DNA of 43,878 bases from a virus (lineage: Duplodnaviria > Caudoviricetes): the IMG/VR virus record IMGVR_UViG_3300048575_000062, positions 1-43,878 of that record. The stretch is one strand, 5' to 3'. The first letter of the stretch is position 1; every line of letters starts with the position of its first letter. Position numbers and translations under genes: made by a program. The notes beneath the pieces are model-generated. The model was not told the origin of the DNA and searched no databases. It saw only the letters and a program-made list of their open reading frames with translations. This document shows, piece by piece, positions 17,774 through 26,851 of this stretch.

Positions 17774-18035
17774 CTGAATTATCAGTTGTGATTTGCCTAC
17801 AGCCGCTGGCTGGATAGGCTATAAAGGTAGAGTTCCTTACATACAATGAGGAACTCTTTTTGTATATAGGCGCTATCTGTTTTGCAATGGTGTGGGGTAG
17901 GGTATTGGTGAAAAGAATAATAGATTCAGGAGAGAGGATGTAAAATAAAAAGGGAACACCATCCGCACGACCAGATTAGTATTCCCATACACGATTATGA
18001 TACAAATATACTATTTATTTTTTATAAATCGTGCT

Positions 18036-18473
18036 ATGGTGAAAGATTTTTCTACTATCTTGGAGCTAAAAGCCATTCGTGAACAAAAGTCAAGACTTTC
18101 AGAACGTGAAAGTGAATTATCAATCCCTCTATTGGAAGATTTAGGGCTTATCCCAGAACTTTATAAATGGTTTGCAGATATACTTGCAGGTATGGATTTC
18201 CCACCCAGTTTAGAGAGCGTTACACAGCGAAAGAAGTTCTTATTTATTATTCTCTTTCTATACTGCCCAAGTGTACTAGCAGGTGGTAGAATGCCCAACG
18301 GAGTGCGAAAGGCTTTAGAGGATGTTTTTTCTAACATTAGTCCAAGTCGAATATCGCACAATATCGAAGATGTTACCTTTTCATATCAAATATACAAGGA
18401 CTTCCGTAGAGATGTTGACTATCTTTACACAGAAGTTATAAATCGACTGAAGGTCAAAGAGCTAATCAAATGA
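18036..18473 (+). CDS. Phage protein, candidate late transcription regulator
   Basis: Last gene of early rightward block; HTH-like ISPSRISHNI; function inferred from position. Confidence 0.6.
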   Translation: MVKDFSTILELKAIREQKSRLSERESELSIPLLEDLGLIPELYKWFADILAGMDFPPSLESVTQRKKFLFIILFLYCPSVLAGGRMPNGVRKALEDVFSNISPSRISHNIEDVTFSYQIYKDFRRDVDYLYTEVINRLKVKELIK

Positions 18474-18535
18474 ACGTGTTGCCAGTTGTGATTTGCTTCA
18501 AAGTTAGATTAATCAAACATTGTAGCACGAGGAGT

Positions 18536-18561
18536 AAAGCCGGGGTATTAAACTCTGGCTT
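18536..18561. terminator. Terminator between convergent genes
   Basis: AAGCCGGGG...CTCTGGCTT hairpin. Confidence 0.6.
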
Positions 18562-19262
18562 CACTGTTTTGTTGGAAAATCAGTTTTTAAGTGTAACTTT
18601 GCATCGAAAAATAGTTTAAGATATATATTGTATTTACGGACAGCCTCTATATATTTTTTATATAACTCAGTAGAGTCTCTATTGTATTCTTCAATAATCT
18701 TTATTGCTCGTTCTTTCGACTTTTCTATTTCAGTTTTTGTGTCTTGATTTCCTTTCTGAGCACAATTTACTAAATTGGTAAATGAGACATTTTCATTATA
18801 GAATCTGAAAATAGTACTATATAGAAGATTGCTAAAGTCATTTGAAGCATTATATATATTTAAAAGTAGGTCTTCGCTTTTTTTATTTGGATTATAGACA
18901 ATTAAGAGCCTATATTGTTTACTCAATTTTAATATGTAATTTTCTAAGTCACACAAATATTGATAACTAATGTCTGGCGCTTGTAAAGTATTTGACATGC
19001 GAAATACTTTCATTCTGTAAATATCTAGTTCATCTAAACAATTAAGAAATTCAATAAGAGATTCATTTCGTTTATATAAATACTCTGTTTCTCTTTGTTT
19101 TTGAACGCTTATTTCGGTTTTTATAGATTCTACTGTATTGGTAATTTCTTTAATATCTTCTTTTGTAGCAAGGTTCTTTCCTTTTTCTTTGAAGTAAGAA
19201 ACAATATATTGCATTAGTCCGGCAATTACGGCAAAAATTGTTAATTGTAACCAATAGGGCAT
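18561..19262 (-). CDS. N-terminal TM helical protein (moron)
   Basis: TM then SYFKEKGKNLATKEDI; low GC. Confidence 0.75.
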   Translation of the reverse strand: MPYWLQLTIFAVIAGLMQYIVSYFKEKGKNLATKEDIKEITNTVESIKTEISVQKQRETEYLYKRNESLIEFLNCLDELDIYRMKVFRMSNTLQAPDISYQYLCDLENYILKLSKQYRLLIVYNPNKKSEDLLLNIYNASNDFSNLLYSTIFRFYNENVSFTNLVNCAQKGNQDTKTEIEKSKERAIKIIEEYNRDSTELYKKYIEAVRKYNIYLKLFFDAKLHLKTDFPTKQ

Positions 19263-19263
19263 G

Positions 19264-19506
19264 TTATTCTCCTTTCTCTATATTAATTTTCTTTTTTCGT
19301 TCCAACTCTCCCTTTCTGATTATACAGATAGCATTCTCGTAAGGCTCTTCTGTTTTCTGCCAGTAGTTCAGCAAGGACTGACGGGCAATTCCAAGCTGTT
19401 TGCTTGTGAATACATCGTATACGGCAGCTGGTGAAGCAAAATACTTGTGCTCTCCGGTCGCTTTAATCTCTACATGTATAACTCTTCTTTTATCTTCCTT
19501 TTCCAT
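19264..19506 (-). CDS. Small HTH-like protein
   Basis: SKQLGIARQSLLNY; promoter TATATTTG at 19519-19512. Confidence 0.7.
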   Translation of the reverse strand: MEKEDKRRVIHVEIKATGEHKYFASPAAVYDVFTSKQLGIARQSLLNYWQKTEEPYENAICIIRKGELERKKKINIEKGE

Positions 19507-19658
19507 AAATGCAAATATACTTTATAATTATTATATGTTACGCAAAATAACTATATTATAATTTATTAACCATGCGAATAGTATTATATGATTCTTATTA
19601 TACTATATTTGTAATATCAAAATCAAATAAATTAATGACTAATTAAACATATACTATT

Positions 19659-20300
19659 ATGAACACATACGTAAAATATGTGCCAAACGTGTTTTTGGCA
19701 AAGTGCGAAGAAAAGCATGAAAAAGGCGAAATCATTGAAGTAACAACTAAATACGGCAAAGTGAATGAGAGTATTGTCTGTAATCTCGTGTTTGAAAAAG
19801 ATGGTTTTTACTACTACTCAATAGTTCGTGCAGACGGTTTCAACGTACAAGAGTGGGCAAAAGCCAGAGCTGAAAGGCGTAGAAGATGGGCAGCATCAGC
19901 TGAAAGAAAAAGTGAAGAGTACTTTAATGCTTCAAAAAAGTATGCTGATTTTCTTTCGTTGGGCGAACCTATTAAAATTGGGCACCATAGCGAAAGACGT
20001 CACAGAAGGATCATAGAAGAGGCTCATAATAACATGGGTAAATGCGTAGAATTTAGTAACAAAGCAGAAAAATATGAGAGTAAAGCTGAATATTGGGCAA
20101 GAAGGGCTAACACAATAAATCTGTCTATGCCTGAAAGTATCGAATACTATGAGCATAGATTAGAGGTTGCAAAAGAGCGGCATGAGGGATTAAAATCAGG
20201 CAAATATCCACGTGAACACGCTTATTCACTGACTTACGCTAAGAAAGACGTAAACGAAGCTCAAAAGAACTTCGATCTAGCTAAGAAATTGTGGGCGTAA
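19659..20300 (+). CDS. DUF3560-domain protein
   Basis: GEPIKIGHHSERRHRR signature; promoter TATATTTG at 19604-19611. Confidence 0.85.
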   Translation: MNTYVKYVPNVFLAKCEEKHEKGEIIEVTTKYGKVNESIVCNLVFEKDGFYYYSIVRADGFNVQEWAKARAERRRRWAASAERKSEEYFNASKKYADFLSLGEPIKIGHHSERRHRRIIEEAHNNMGKCVEFSNKAEKYESKAEYWARRANTINLSMPESIEYYEHRLEVAKERHEGLKSGKYPREHAYSLTYAKKDVNEAQKNFDLAKKLWA

Positions 20301-20360
20301 TGTAATAATAACAATTCATGGCATATCAAAGTTGGTATGTCATGAAAATCATCTAAATAG

Positions 20361-20385
20361 CGAACAATTGGCAAAAGGTGCGCTA
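20361..20385 (-). promoter_or_regulatory. Late-promoter upstream motif, copy 1
   Basis: TAGCGCACCTTT-N6-TTGTTCG on minus strand. Confidence 0.6.
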
Positions 20386-20424
20386 TGCACGTTTTAATAA
20401 TTAGCCCTTGGGCTTGGTATGTAG

Positions 20425-20432
20425 TATCTTTG
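20425..20432 (+). promoter_or_regulatory. -7 promoter element of tRNA/packaging operon
   Basis: TATCTTTG 9 nt before tRNA. Confidence 0.7.
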
Positions 20433-20441
20433 AGGTACTAT

Positions 20442-20514
20442 CGCGGGGTAGAGCAGTGGTCAGCTCGCTACTTTGACTTGGTAGAGGTCGGTGATTCGAA
20501 TTCATCCCCCGCAA
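20442..20514 (+). tRNA. Atypical tRNA: initiator-type body, anticodon GAC (Val)
   Basis: CGCGGGG/CCCCGCA (C1xA72), D-stem GAGC/GCTC, arm CTACT-TTGACTT-GGTAG, T-arm GGTGA-TTCGAAT-TCATC, A73. Confidence 0.85.
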
Positions 20515-20544
20515 CTATTAAATTATATACTAAATATCACGATT

Positions 20545-20910
20545 ATGGAAATTTTGACCCTCTCAATAAAACAGAAGTTTTTTGATGAGATTTTAGCAGG
20601 CATTAAGAAGCAAGAGTTTAGAGAGATTAGACCTAATTCTCAATCTAAATATTGTGAGCTTGATGAAGACGGCTATGTGAAAGAGATTGAAGGCGTTTTG
20701 CAACCTCGCAAATATGATGCTATCAAATTTTTAACAGGTGAATATAAGGGCAAAAGACCTTTTATAGTTGTAGAGGTCAAAGACGCTAAAATAGAACTCT
20801 TTGAAGATGAGAATCATGAATTAGTAACCTACGCCTATCAAGGTGAGCAGTATATAGCCGCTCAGGTGGTTTATGATCTAGGTGAGGTCTTAGAGAGACA
20901 TATAGATTGA
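20545..20910 (+). CDS. ASCH-domain protein
   Basis: LSIKQKFFDEILAGIKKQEFR (GxKxxExR). Confidence 0.85.
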   Translation: MEILTLSIKQKFFDEILAGIKKQEFREIRPNSQSKYCELDEDGYVKEIEGVLQPRKYDAIKFLTGEYKGKRPFIVVEVKDAKIELFEDENHELVTYAYQGEQYIAAQVVYDLGEVLERHID

Positions 20911-20936
20911 TTGTTTAATTAAAATTGATTTGCTGA

Positions 20937-21080
20937 GTTAGAATTAAAGTAGGTACAAGCGCAACGTCAAATAAAGGCGTTGTTGGTCGCAGAAGTTTTA
21001 CTGGTGGTAACGGCCAGTTTATGAACCGTAGACAGAAATACGGTGAAGTTCGTAGGGGATTAGGTTTATCCGGAGGTTAG
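20937..21080 (+). CDS. 47-codon Arg/Gly-rich peptide ending GLSGG; start uncertain
   Basis: Open frame GTT..TAG fills the gap between ASCH and PP-loop genes; preceded by in-frame TGA; only internal ATG at 21021. Confidence 0.65.
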   Translation, partial: VRIKVGTSATSNKGVVGRRSFTGGNGQFMNRRQKYGEVRRGLGLSGG

Positions 21081-21754
21081 TGTCTATGCTAATCGAGGAT
21101 ACATATTGCAGCATTGACCGAATTCGTGAAAAGACGAGTTCGGCTTTGCTGTTTTTATCTTTTGGTAAGGATAGCCTTGTCTTGCTTGACCTCATCTATC
21201 CGAAGTTTGACAGGATTGTATGTGCCTTTATGTATTTTGTCCCCGAACTGGGGCATATTGAACGCTGGATAAAGTGGACGAAAGCAAAGTACCCGAAAAT
21301 AGAGCTCATCCAAATACCGCATTGGAATTTAACCTACATACTTAAATCAGGTATGTATTGTGTTCCTAACCCTAAAGTAAAACTATTGAAGCTTGCTGAT
21401 GTGGTTAAATCCATGAAATTGAAATACGGTATTGATTATGTCTTTTTAGGGATGAAGAAAGCTGACTCCATGAATCGACGTTTGATGTTGAATAGAATGG
21501 GTTTCCCATACGAGAAAAACGGGATGGTTTACTCTCTGGCTGACTGGACGCAAAAGGATATTCTTGCTTATATGAAACAAAAAGGATTACCCGAGCCTGT
21601 AAGGTATTCCAAGAATGCCAGTGGCGGGGTTGGCTTTAATCCCGAATGCTTTTTATGGTTAGAAAAGAACTACCCTGAAGATCTTGAGAAGATTTACGGG
21701 GTATTTCCTATGAGTAGAAGAATATTATTTGAACACTATAATGGAACTAAGTAA
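21080..21754 (+). CDS. PAPS-reductase-like PP-loop protein
   Basis: SFGKDS PP-loop; GMKKADSMNRR; LADWT. Confidence 0.85.
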   Translation: MSMLIEDTYCSIDRIREKTSSALLFLSFGKDSLVLLDLIYPKFDRIVCAFMYFVPELGHIERWIKWTKAKYPKIELIQIPHWNLTYILKSGMYCVPNPKVKLLKLADVVKSMKLKYGIDYVFLGMKKADSMNRRLMLNRMGFPYEKNGMVYSLADWTQKDILAYMKQKGLPEPVRYSKNASGGVGFNPECFLWLEKNYPEDLEKIYGVFPMSRRILFEHYNGTK

Positions 21755-22481
21755 GTATATAACATCGGAATCGGTAGAGCTTAAACGCTCTATGATTCAT
21801 CTAGCAGGGTATAATCCCCGTAAAATATCCGAAGAAGCGAAGAAAACGCTTAAACGAGGGATAAAGAAATTCGGGCTTGTAGGCGGTTTGGTAGTAAACA
21901 AGCGTACAGGTATGACACTTGTATCGGGGCACCAGCGTTTATCCGTTATGGATGAGCTGAATAAGTATCCGGATAATGATTATCTAATTCGTGTAGAGCT
22001 TATTGATGTTGACGAAAAGCGGGAAAAGGAGCTAAACATCTTAACGAATAATCCAAATGCTATGGGCTCATGGGATTATGACGCTTTACGTGAGCTTATT
22101 CCCGATATAGATTGGAAAGATGCCGGACTGACAGATGTAGATTTGAATCTCATCGGCTGTGATTTCTTACTCCAGACAGAAGAGGAAAGCTCACTCGCTG
22201 ATGCACTAAGTGATATGATGGCACCTGTTACCGAACAGAAAGAAGCCGAGAAAGCTGCTAAACAATTGGAAAAGGCGGAAAAGGTCGCTCACATGAAAGA
22301 CGTTAAAGAACAGGTAAAGCAGTCAGCACAAGAAAAAGCAAACGATATGGATGCCTATCTGATGTTATCCTTTTCTTCCTATGAGGAGAAAGCTGCTTTC
22401 TGTGAAAGGTTTGGATTTGACCCCAACGAGAAGTTTATAGTAGGTTCAGTATTTGATGAAATGATAGAAAGGATAGATTGA
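21741..22481 (+). CDS. ParB/Srx N-terminal domain protein
   Basis: YNPRKIS...LVVN...LVSGHQRL. Confidence 0.88.
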   Translation: MELSKYITSESVELKRSMIHLAGYNPRKISEEAKKTLKRGIKKFGLVGGLVVNKRTGMTLVSGHQRLSVMDELNKYPDNDYLIRVELIDVDEKREKELNILTNNPNAMGSWDYDALRELIPDIDWKDAGLTDVDLNLIGCDFLLQTEEESSLADALSDMMAPVTEQKEAEKAAKQLEKAEKVAHMKDVKEQVKQSAQEKANDMDAYLMLSFSSYEEKAAFCERFGFDPNEKFIVGSVFDEMIERID

Positions 22482-22483
22482 TT

Positions 22484-23017
22484 ATGGCAAGAAGTGAATC
22501 TAAAGATACAGCAAAGAGCAATAAGGGAAGAAAACCCAAATTTGATTACACAGGAGAAGAGTTCCTTTCCTCTGTGGAATCATTTGCAAAGAAAGGATTC
22601 ACGGATAAAGAGATTGCTTATGCTTTGGGTATAGCTCCGCAAAGATTTTGTGAGAAGAAGAGTTTGCACCCGGAATTACGTGAAGTCTTAGCGCGCGGGC
22701 GGGCGACAATTAACGCAGCGGTAAGGGCAAAATTCCTTGCAATGGCTATTGGTGGTATTAAGACAAAGAGTGTTACTAAGCGTAAACTGAAAGATATTAA
22801 TGGGGATTATACGGGCGATGAAGAAATTCAGAGTGTAGAAAGTGAGCTGGCTCCAAGTCTTCAAGCTATGTCCGTCTGGTTATACCATCATGACGAAGAG
22901 TGGAGAAAGATTGAACGAAAGCAGGATGAAGATGCCAGCGATATTCCTACAGATATAAAGCAAGGCGTTGATATTGATTCTTGGATTAAAGATCAGGTGA
23001 AAGGAGATGGGAAATGA
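22484..23017 (+). CDS. terS: Terminase small subunit
   Basis: GRKPK, HTH (GFTDKEIAYALGI), directly before TerL. Confidence 0.8.
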   Translation: MARSESKDTAKSNKGRKPKFDYTGEEFLSSVESFAKKGFTDKEIAYALGIAPQRFCEKKSLHPELREVLARGRATINAAVRAKFLAMAIGGIKTKSVTKRKLKDINGDYTGDEEIQSVESELAPSLQAMSVWLYHHDEEWRKIERKQDEDASDIPTDIKQGVDIDSWIKDQVKGDGK

Positions 23018-24282
23018 TTACCCCGCAGGCCATTTACCATCCGTTATACATTGACAAGGAGAAGTTTATAATTCTTATTACCGGTGGTCGTGGATCGGGT
23101 AAGTCGTTCAATGCATCTACCTTTATCGAGCGTCTGACATTTGAAATGACTCCTGTCGAGAAGATAGTTCATCAGATTCTTTATACCCGTTACACAATGG
23201 TTTCGGCCGGAATATCTATTATTCCCGAAATGATGGAGAAGATAGAACTGGATGGAACAACGAAATATTTTAAGACTACCAAGACGGATATAGTCAACAG
23301 AATGACTAACAGCCGTATCATGTTCCGGGGTATCAAAACCTCATCAGGGAATCAGACGGCAAAGCTGAAATCCATTCAAGGCATAACGACTTTTGTCTGT
23401 GATGAAGCGGAGGAGTGGACTAATGAGGAGGAATTTGATAAGATCATGCTCTCCATTCGTAAGAAGGGTATTCAGAACCGGATTATCATCATAATGAACC
23501 CTTGTGATTCCAATCACTTCATCTATAAAAAATACATTGAGAAAACTCATAAACAGGTAGAAATTGACGGTGTTCAGGTGCAAATCTCCACTCATCCAAA
23601 CGTATTACACATTCACACCACTTACCTTGATAATATGGAGAATCTTTCTCCTGAGTTCTTGAAAGAGGTTCAGGATATGAAGGTGAGCAACCCCGAAAAG
23701 TACGCCCATGTGGTTATCGGTCGTTGGGCAGATGTTGCCGCGGGTGCTGTGTTCAAGAAGTGGGGTATTGTTGATGAATTTCCACCTTATGCGAAAAAGG
23801 TTGCCATAGGTCAGGACTTCGGTTATACGCACGATCCGTCGGCTTCCATTCGTTGCGGTATCGTTGACAATGCTTTGTATCTGGATGAAGTTGACTATCG
23901 AACTGGATTATTGTCTTCTGACATTATTAAAACACTCCGTCCGTGGGGATTGAAAGTATATGCAGATAGTGCCGATCCCCGGCTGATTCAGGAAATACAC
24001 AACGGTGGTATTACCATCTATGCAACGGAGAAAGGTGCCGGATCAATCAATGCCGGTATTGACAAAATGCAAAGCATGGAGATATTTATCACTAAGAGGT
24101 CTTATAATCTGATAAGAGAGTTTAGAAACTATGTATGGGCAAAGGACAAAGACGGGAACTATATCAATGAGCCGGAGGATCACGATAACCACGGGATCGA
24201 CGCTGCCCGATATTATTGTTTGTGTGCCCTCTTAGGTAAGATTCAGAAGCCTAAAGATTTAACAGGAATATTCACACATTAA
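23014..24282 (+). CDS. terL: Terminase large subunit, PBSX family
   Basis: GGRGSGKS; DEAEE; DFGY..DP; NHGIDAARY. Confidence 0.95.
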   Translation: MITPQAIYHPLYIDKEKFIILITGGRGSGKSFNASTFIERLTFEMTPVEKIVHQILYTRYTMVSAGISIIPEMMEKIELDGTTKYFKTTKTDIVNRMTNSRIMFRGIKTSSGNQTAKLKSIQGITTFVCDEAEEWTNEEEFDKIMLSIRKKGIQNRIIIIMNPCDSNHFIYKKYIEKTHKQVEIDGVQVQISTHPNVLHIHTTYLDNMENLSPEFLKEVQDMKVSNPEKYAHVVIGRWADVAAGAVFKKWGIVDEFPPYAKKVAIGQDFGYTHDPSASIRCGIVDNALYLDEVDYRTGLLSSDIIKTLRPWGLKVYADSADPRLIQEIHNGGITIYATEKGAGSINAGIDKMQSMEIFITKRSYNLIREFRNYVWAKDKDGNYINEPEDHDNHGIDAARYYCLCALLGKIQKPKDLTGIFTH

Positions 24283-24293
24283 GATATTGGATT

Positions 24294-25787
24294 ATGACAT
24301 TAGAAGAAATATTAGCATTGGAGGATATTGATAGAAAGATTCAGTATCTCAAGAAAGGGAGAAAAACCGAACTTCCAGACAGGAGAAAATTATGGGAAGA
24401 TTGGAATCCGGATCTACATGAGATAATGACGGATAAGAATAAATATCCCGACCGCAAAGTGCTAAAGGAAGAAGCGAAAAAGGAGTTTGATGAGAAGACA
24501 GGTAAAACCTACAATATTGAGGCTAAATACGAAACAGAGCCTGTAAATCGTATTGTCATTCCTCTGGAGCAGGATATTGTGAACATACAAACAGCCTTCA
24601 CAGTAGGCACTGAGCCATCAATGGATTGTACTCCTTCCGATGAAGGTGAAAAGAATTTGTTCGCTGCTTTGAAGTCTGTCTTGCAGAAAAACAAAATCAA
24701 ATACCAAAACAAAAAGATTGTTCGTGCCTGGTTGAGTGAACAGGAGGTGGCCGAGTATTGGTATGTGACCGATGATGATTCTTTTTGGGCTAAATTTTGG
24801 GCAAAGGTAAAGATAACTTTCGGGGGTAAGGTAAAGCCTACAAAGAAACTAAGAAGCGTTATATGGTCTCCGTTCAGAGGGGATAAGCTCTATCCGTTCT
24901 TTGATGATTATGGCGACTTTGTTGCAATGTCTCGCGAGTATAAAAAGAAAGATCTGGATGATAACGAGATAGATGTTTTTATGACAGTGACTAAGAATGC
25001 CGTTTACCAATGGGAGTTAAATAAAACTTGGAATATGCCTGAAGGCAAGACTTTTAAGCACGGTTTCACTAAGCTGCCTGTTATATACGCCTACCGTCCT
25101 GAGACATACTGTCACAAGATTAAGACGTTTCGGGTAAGACTGGAGAAACTTCTATCAAACTATGCCGACTGCATAGATTATCATTTCTTCCCGCTTCTAA
25201 AACTCATTGGTGATGTAAGCGGTTTTGCAGGCAAGACAAAGGATAGAATGGTAAAGTTGGAAGGAGAGGGGGCAGACGCTCAATACTTAACGTGGTCTCA
25301 GGTTCCTACAACTATTGAGCTTGAGATGAAGACACTCTTTGAGAAAGCCTATTCTATGACTAATACACCTCAGATTAGCTTTGAGAGCTTGAAAGGTGCC
25401 GGTAATGCTTTATCGGGCGTCGCTTTTGATTATGTGTTCTTATCTACTCATTTGCAGGTTGAAAATCATGCAGAGGTGATCGGAGACTTTATGCAACGAA
25501 GAGTTAACTTCTTAGTTTCTGCATTGGGAGCTATCAATCCTTATGAGTTTGATAAAGCATCCAAAACGATAGATATAGACGTGGATATTGTTCCATACCG
25601 ATTGGATAATGTAGATGATAAAGTCTCTACCGCAGTGAAAGCTGTCGAAGGTGGAGTCTGGTCTCAAAAGAGAGGCGTAATGTTTGCTGGTATAACAGAT
25701 CAGATAGAAGAAGAGCTGGCTCAAATCAAGGAAGAACAAGAAGAAAGGCAAAGTACTGAGGAACAGGAACAAAATATGAACAAGTAG
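24294..25787 (+). CDS. Portal protein, SPP1 gp6-like
   Basis: Size, position, YLTW and SGVA motifs, EEELAQI tail. Confidence 0.9.
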   Translation: MTLEEILALEDIDRKIQYLKKGRKTELPDRRKLWEDWNPDLHEIMTDKNKYPDRKVLKEEAKKEFDEKTGKTYNIEAKYETEPVNRIVIPLEQDIVNIQTAFTVGTEPSMDCTPSDEGEKNLFAALKSVLQKNKIKYQNKKIVRAWLSEQEVAEYWYVTDDDSFWAKFWAKVKITFGGKVKPTKKLRSVIWSPFRGDKLYPFFDDYGDFVAMSREYKKKDLDDNEIDVFMTVTKNAVYQWELNKTWNMPEGKTFKHGFTKLPVIYAYRPETYCHKIKTFRVRLEKLLSNYADCIDYHFFPLLKLIGDVSGFAGKTKDRMVKLEGEGADAQYLTWSQVPTTIELEMKTLFEKAYSMTNTPQISFESLKGAGNALSGVAFDYVFLSTHLQVENHAEVIGDFMQRRVNFLVSALGAINPYEFDKASKTIDIDVDIVPYRLDNVDDKVSTAVKAVEGGVWSQKRGVMFAGITDQIEEELAQIKEEQEERQSTEEQEQNMNK

Positions 25788-25934
25788 AATCTTTTTAAAA
25801 TTTATTGCTATATATAAGTGATTTTTATGTGTTTGTTTTTACTTTTGCTTTACGATCTGTAGATGTGAATTAAACTCTGCGGAATATGTGAAGAATTTAG
25901 CGGGGAGATTATAGTAACTTAAAATAATACGATT

Positions 25935-26606
25935 ATGAAATGTCCACATTGTCAAGTTGAAATTAATGAAGATTTTAGTGAGGTTTATATTGGTAAATAT
26001 AAGGATGTACATTATAGTTTATATTATATGAAGTGCCCGAATTCAAATTGTGAAATGCCTGTAATTTTATTGTCTTCATCAAAAAGTCCAATGTATTATA
26101 GTGATGGTAGGGCGACGCTAAAAGACAGTACTGAGAAAAAAAATATAATATATCCATTAAGTAGTGGTCGTACCCCTGCTGCTCCAGAAGTCGAATCTAA
26201 GTTTGCAGAAGACTACAATGAAGCTTGTCTGGTACTTTCGTTTAGCCCAAAAGCAAGCGCTGCCTTAAGTCGTAGATGTTTGCAAAATATCATTCGCATG
26301 AAAGAGGGTATTAAAGAACGGAATCTCAAAACAGAGATAGATACGTTAATTACAACCGGTAAACTTCCTTCATATATAAGCGATAATCTTGAAATAATAC
26401 GTGGGTTTGGGAATATCGCTGCTCACGGTATGGAAGATCAAACTTCTGGTGAAATTTTGGATGTAGAACCTAATGAAGCAGAATTCTTGTTAGATGTTTT
26501 GGAACTTCTTTTTGATTTTTATTTTGTTCAGGCTGCCAAAGCCGCCAAGATGAAAACTACGCTAAATCAGAAACTGACAAGTGCAGGACAAAAGCCTATA
26601 CTATAA
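25935..26606 (+). CDS. Zn-ribbon + DUF4145 (HEPN-like) protein
   Basis: CPHC/CPNSNC; DYNEA...ASAALSRRCLQ; RGFGNIAAH (Rx4-6H-like). Confidence 0.85.
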   Translation: MKCPHCQVEINEDFSEVYIGKYKDVHYSLYYMKCPNSNCEMPVILLSSSKSPMYYSDGRATLKDSTEKKNIIYPLSSGRTPAAPEVESKFAEDYNEACLVLSFSPKASAALSRRCLQNIIRMKEGIKERNLKTEIDTLITTGKLPSYISDNLEIIRGFGNIAAHGMEDQTSGEILDVEPNEAEFLLDVLELLFDFYFVQAAKAAKMKTTLNQKLTSAGQKPIL

Positions 26607-26608
26607 GT

Positions 26609-26685
26609 CGTATTGATGAAGAGTTAAAGGAGATTTGGCCAAGAATAACAAAATCGGAGAAAAAGAACAGAAAATGGCTTCTTAG
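26609..26685 (+). pseudogene. Relic portal 3' end
   Basis: RIDEELKEI resembles portal QIEEELAQI. Confidence 0.5.
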
Positions 26686-26851
26686 TCAGGAAAATTACGG
26701 GATTTATAATTTTGTGATAAGAAAAATAGGCTATATAGTGGTGATTCTTCGGAGCTGCTACTATTTTTTGTATTTAATTATAATTATCAGAATTTAATTT
26801 TGAAAAATAGAATTTAGTTATTATCTTTGTCACATGAAAATTGAGTAAGCA

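Noticed and set aside
20385-20585. 66-aa ORF and the GTG-extended start (20491) of the ASCH gene
   Set aside because: Both overlap the tRNA; ATG 20545 has a proper leader and begins the domain.
20931-20936. Cys-Sec (TGC-TGA) selenoprotein motif
   Set aside because: No clear SECIS hairpin after the UGA, no sel genes in the window, and the local tRNA has no UCA anticodon.
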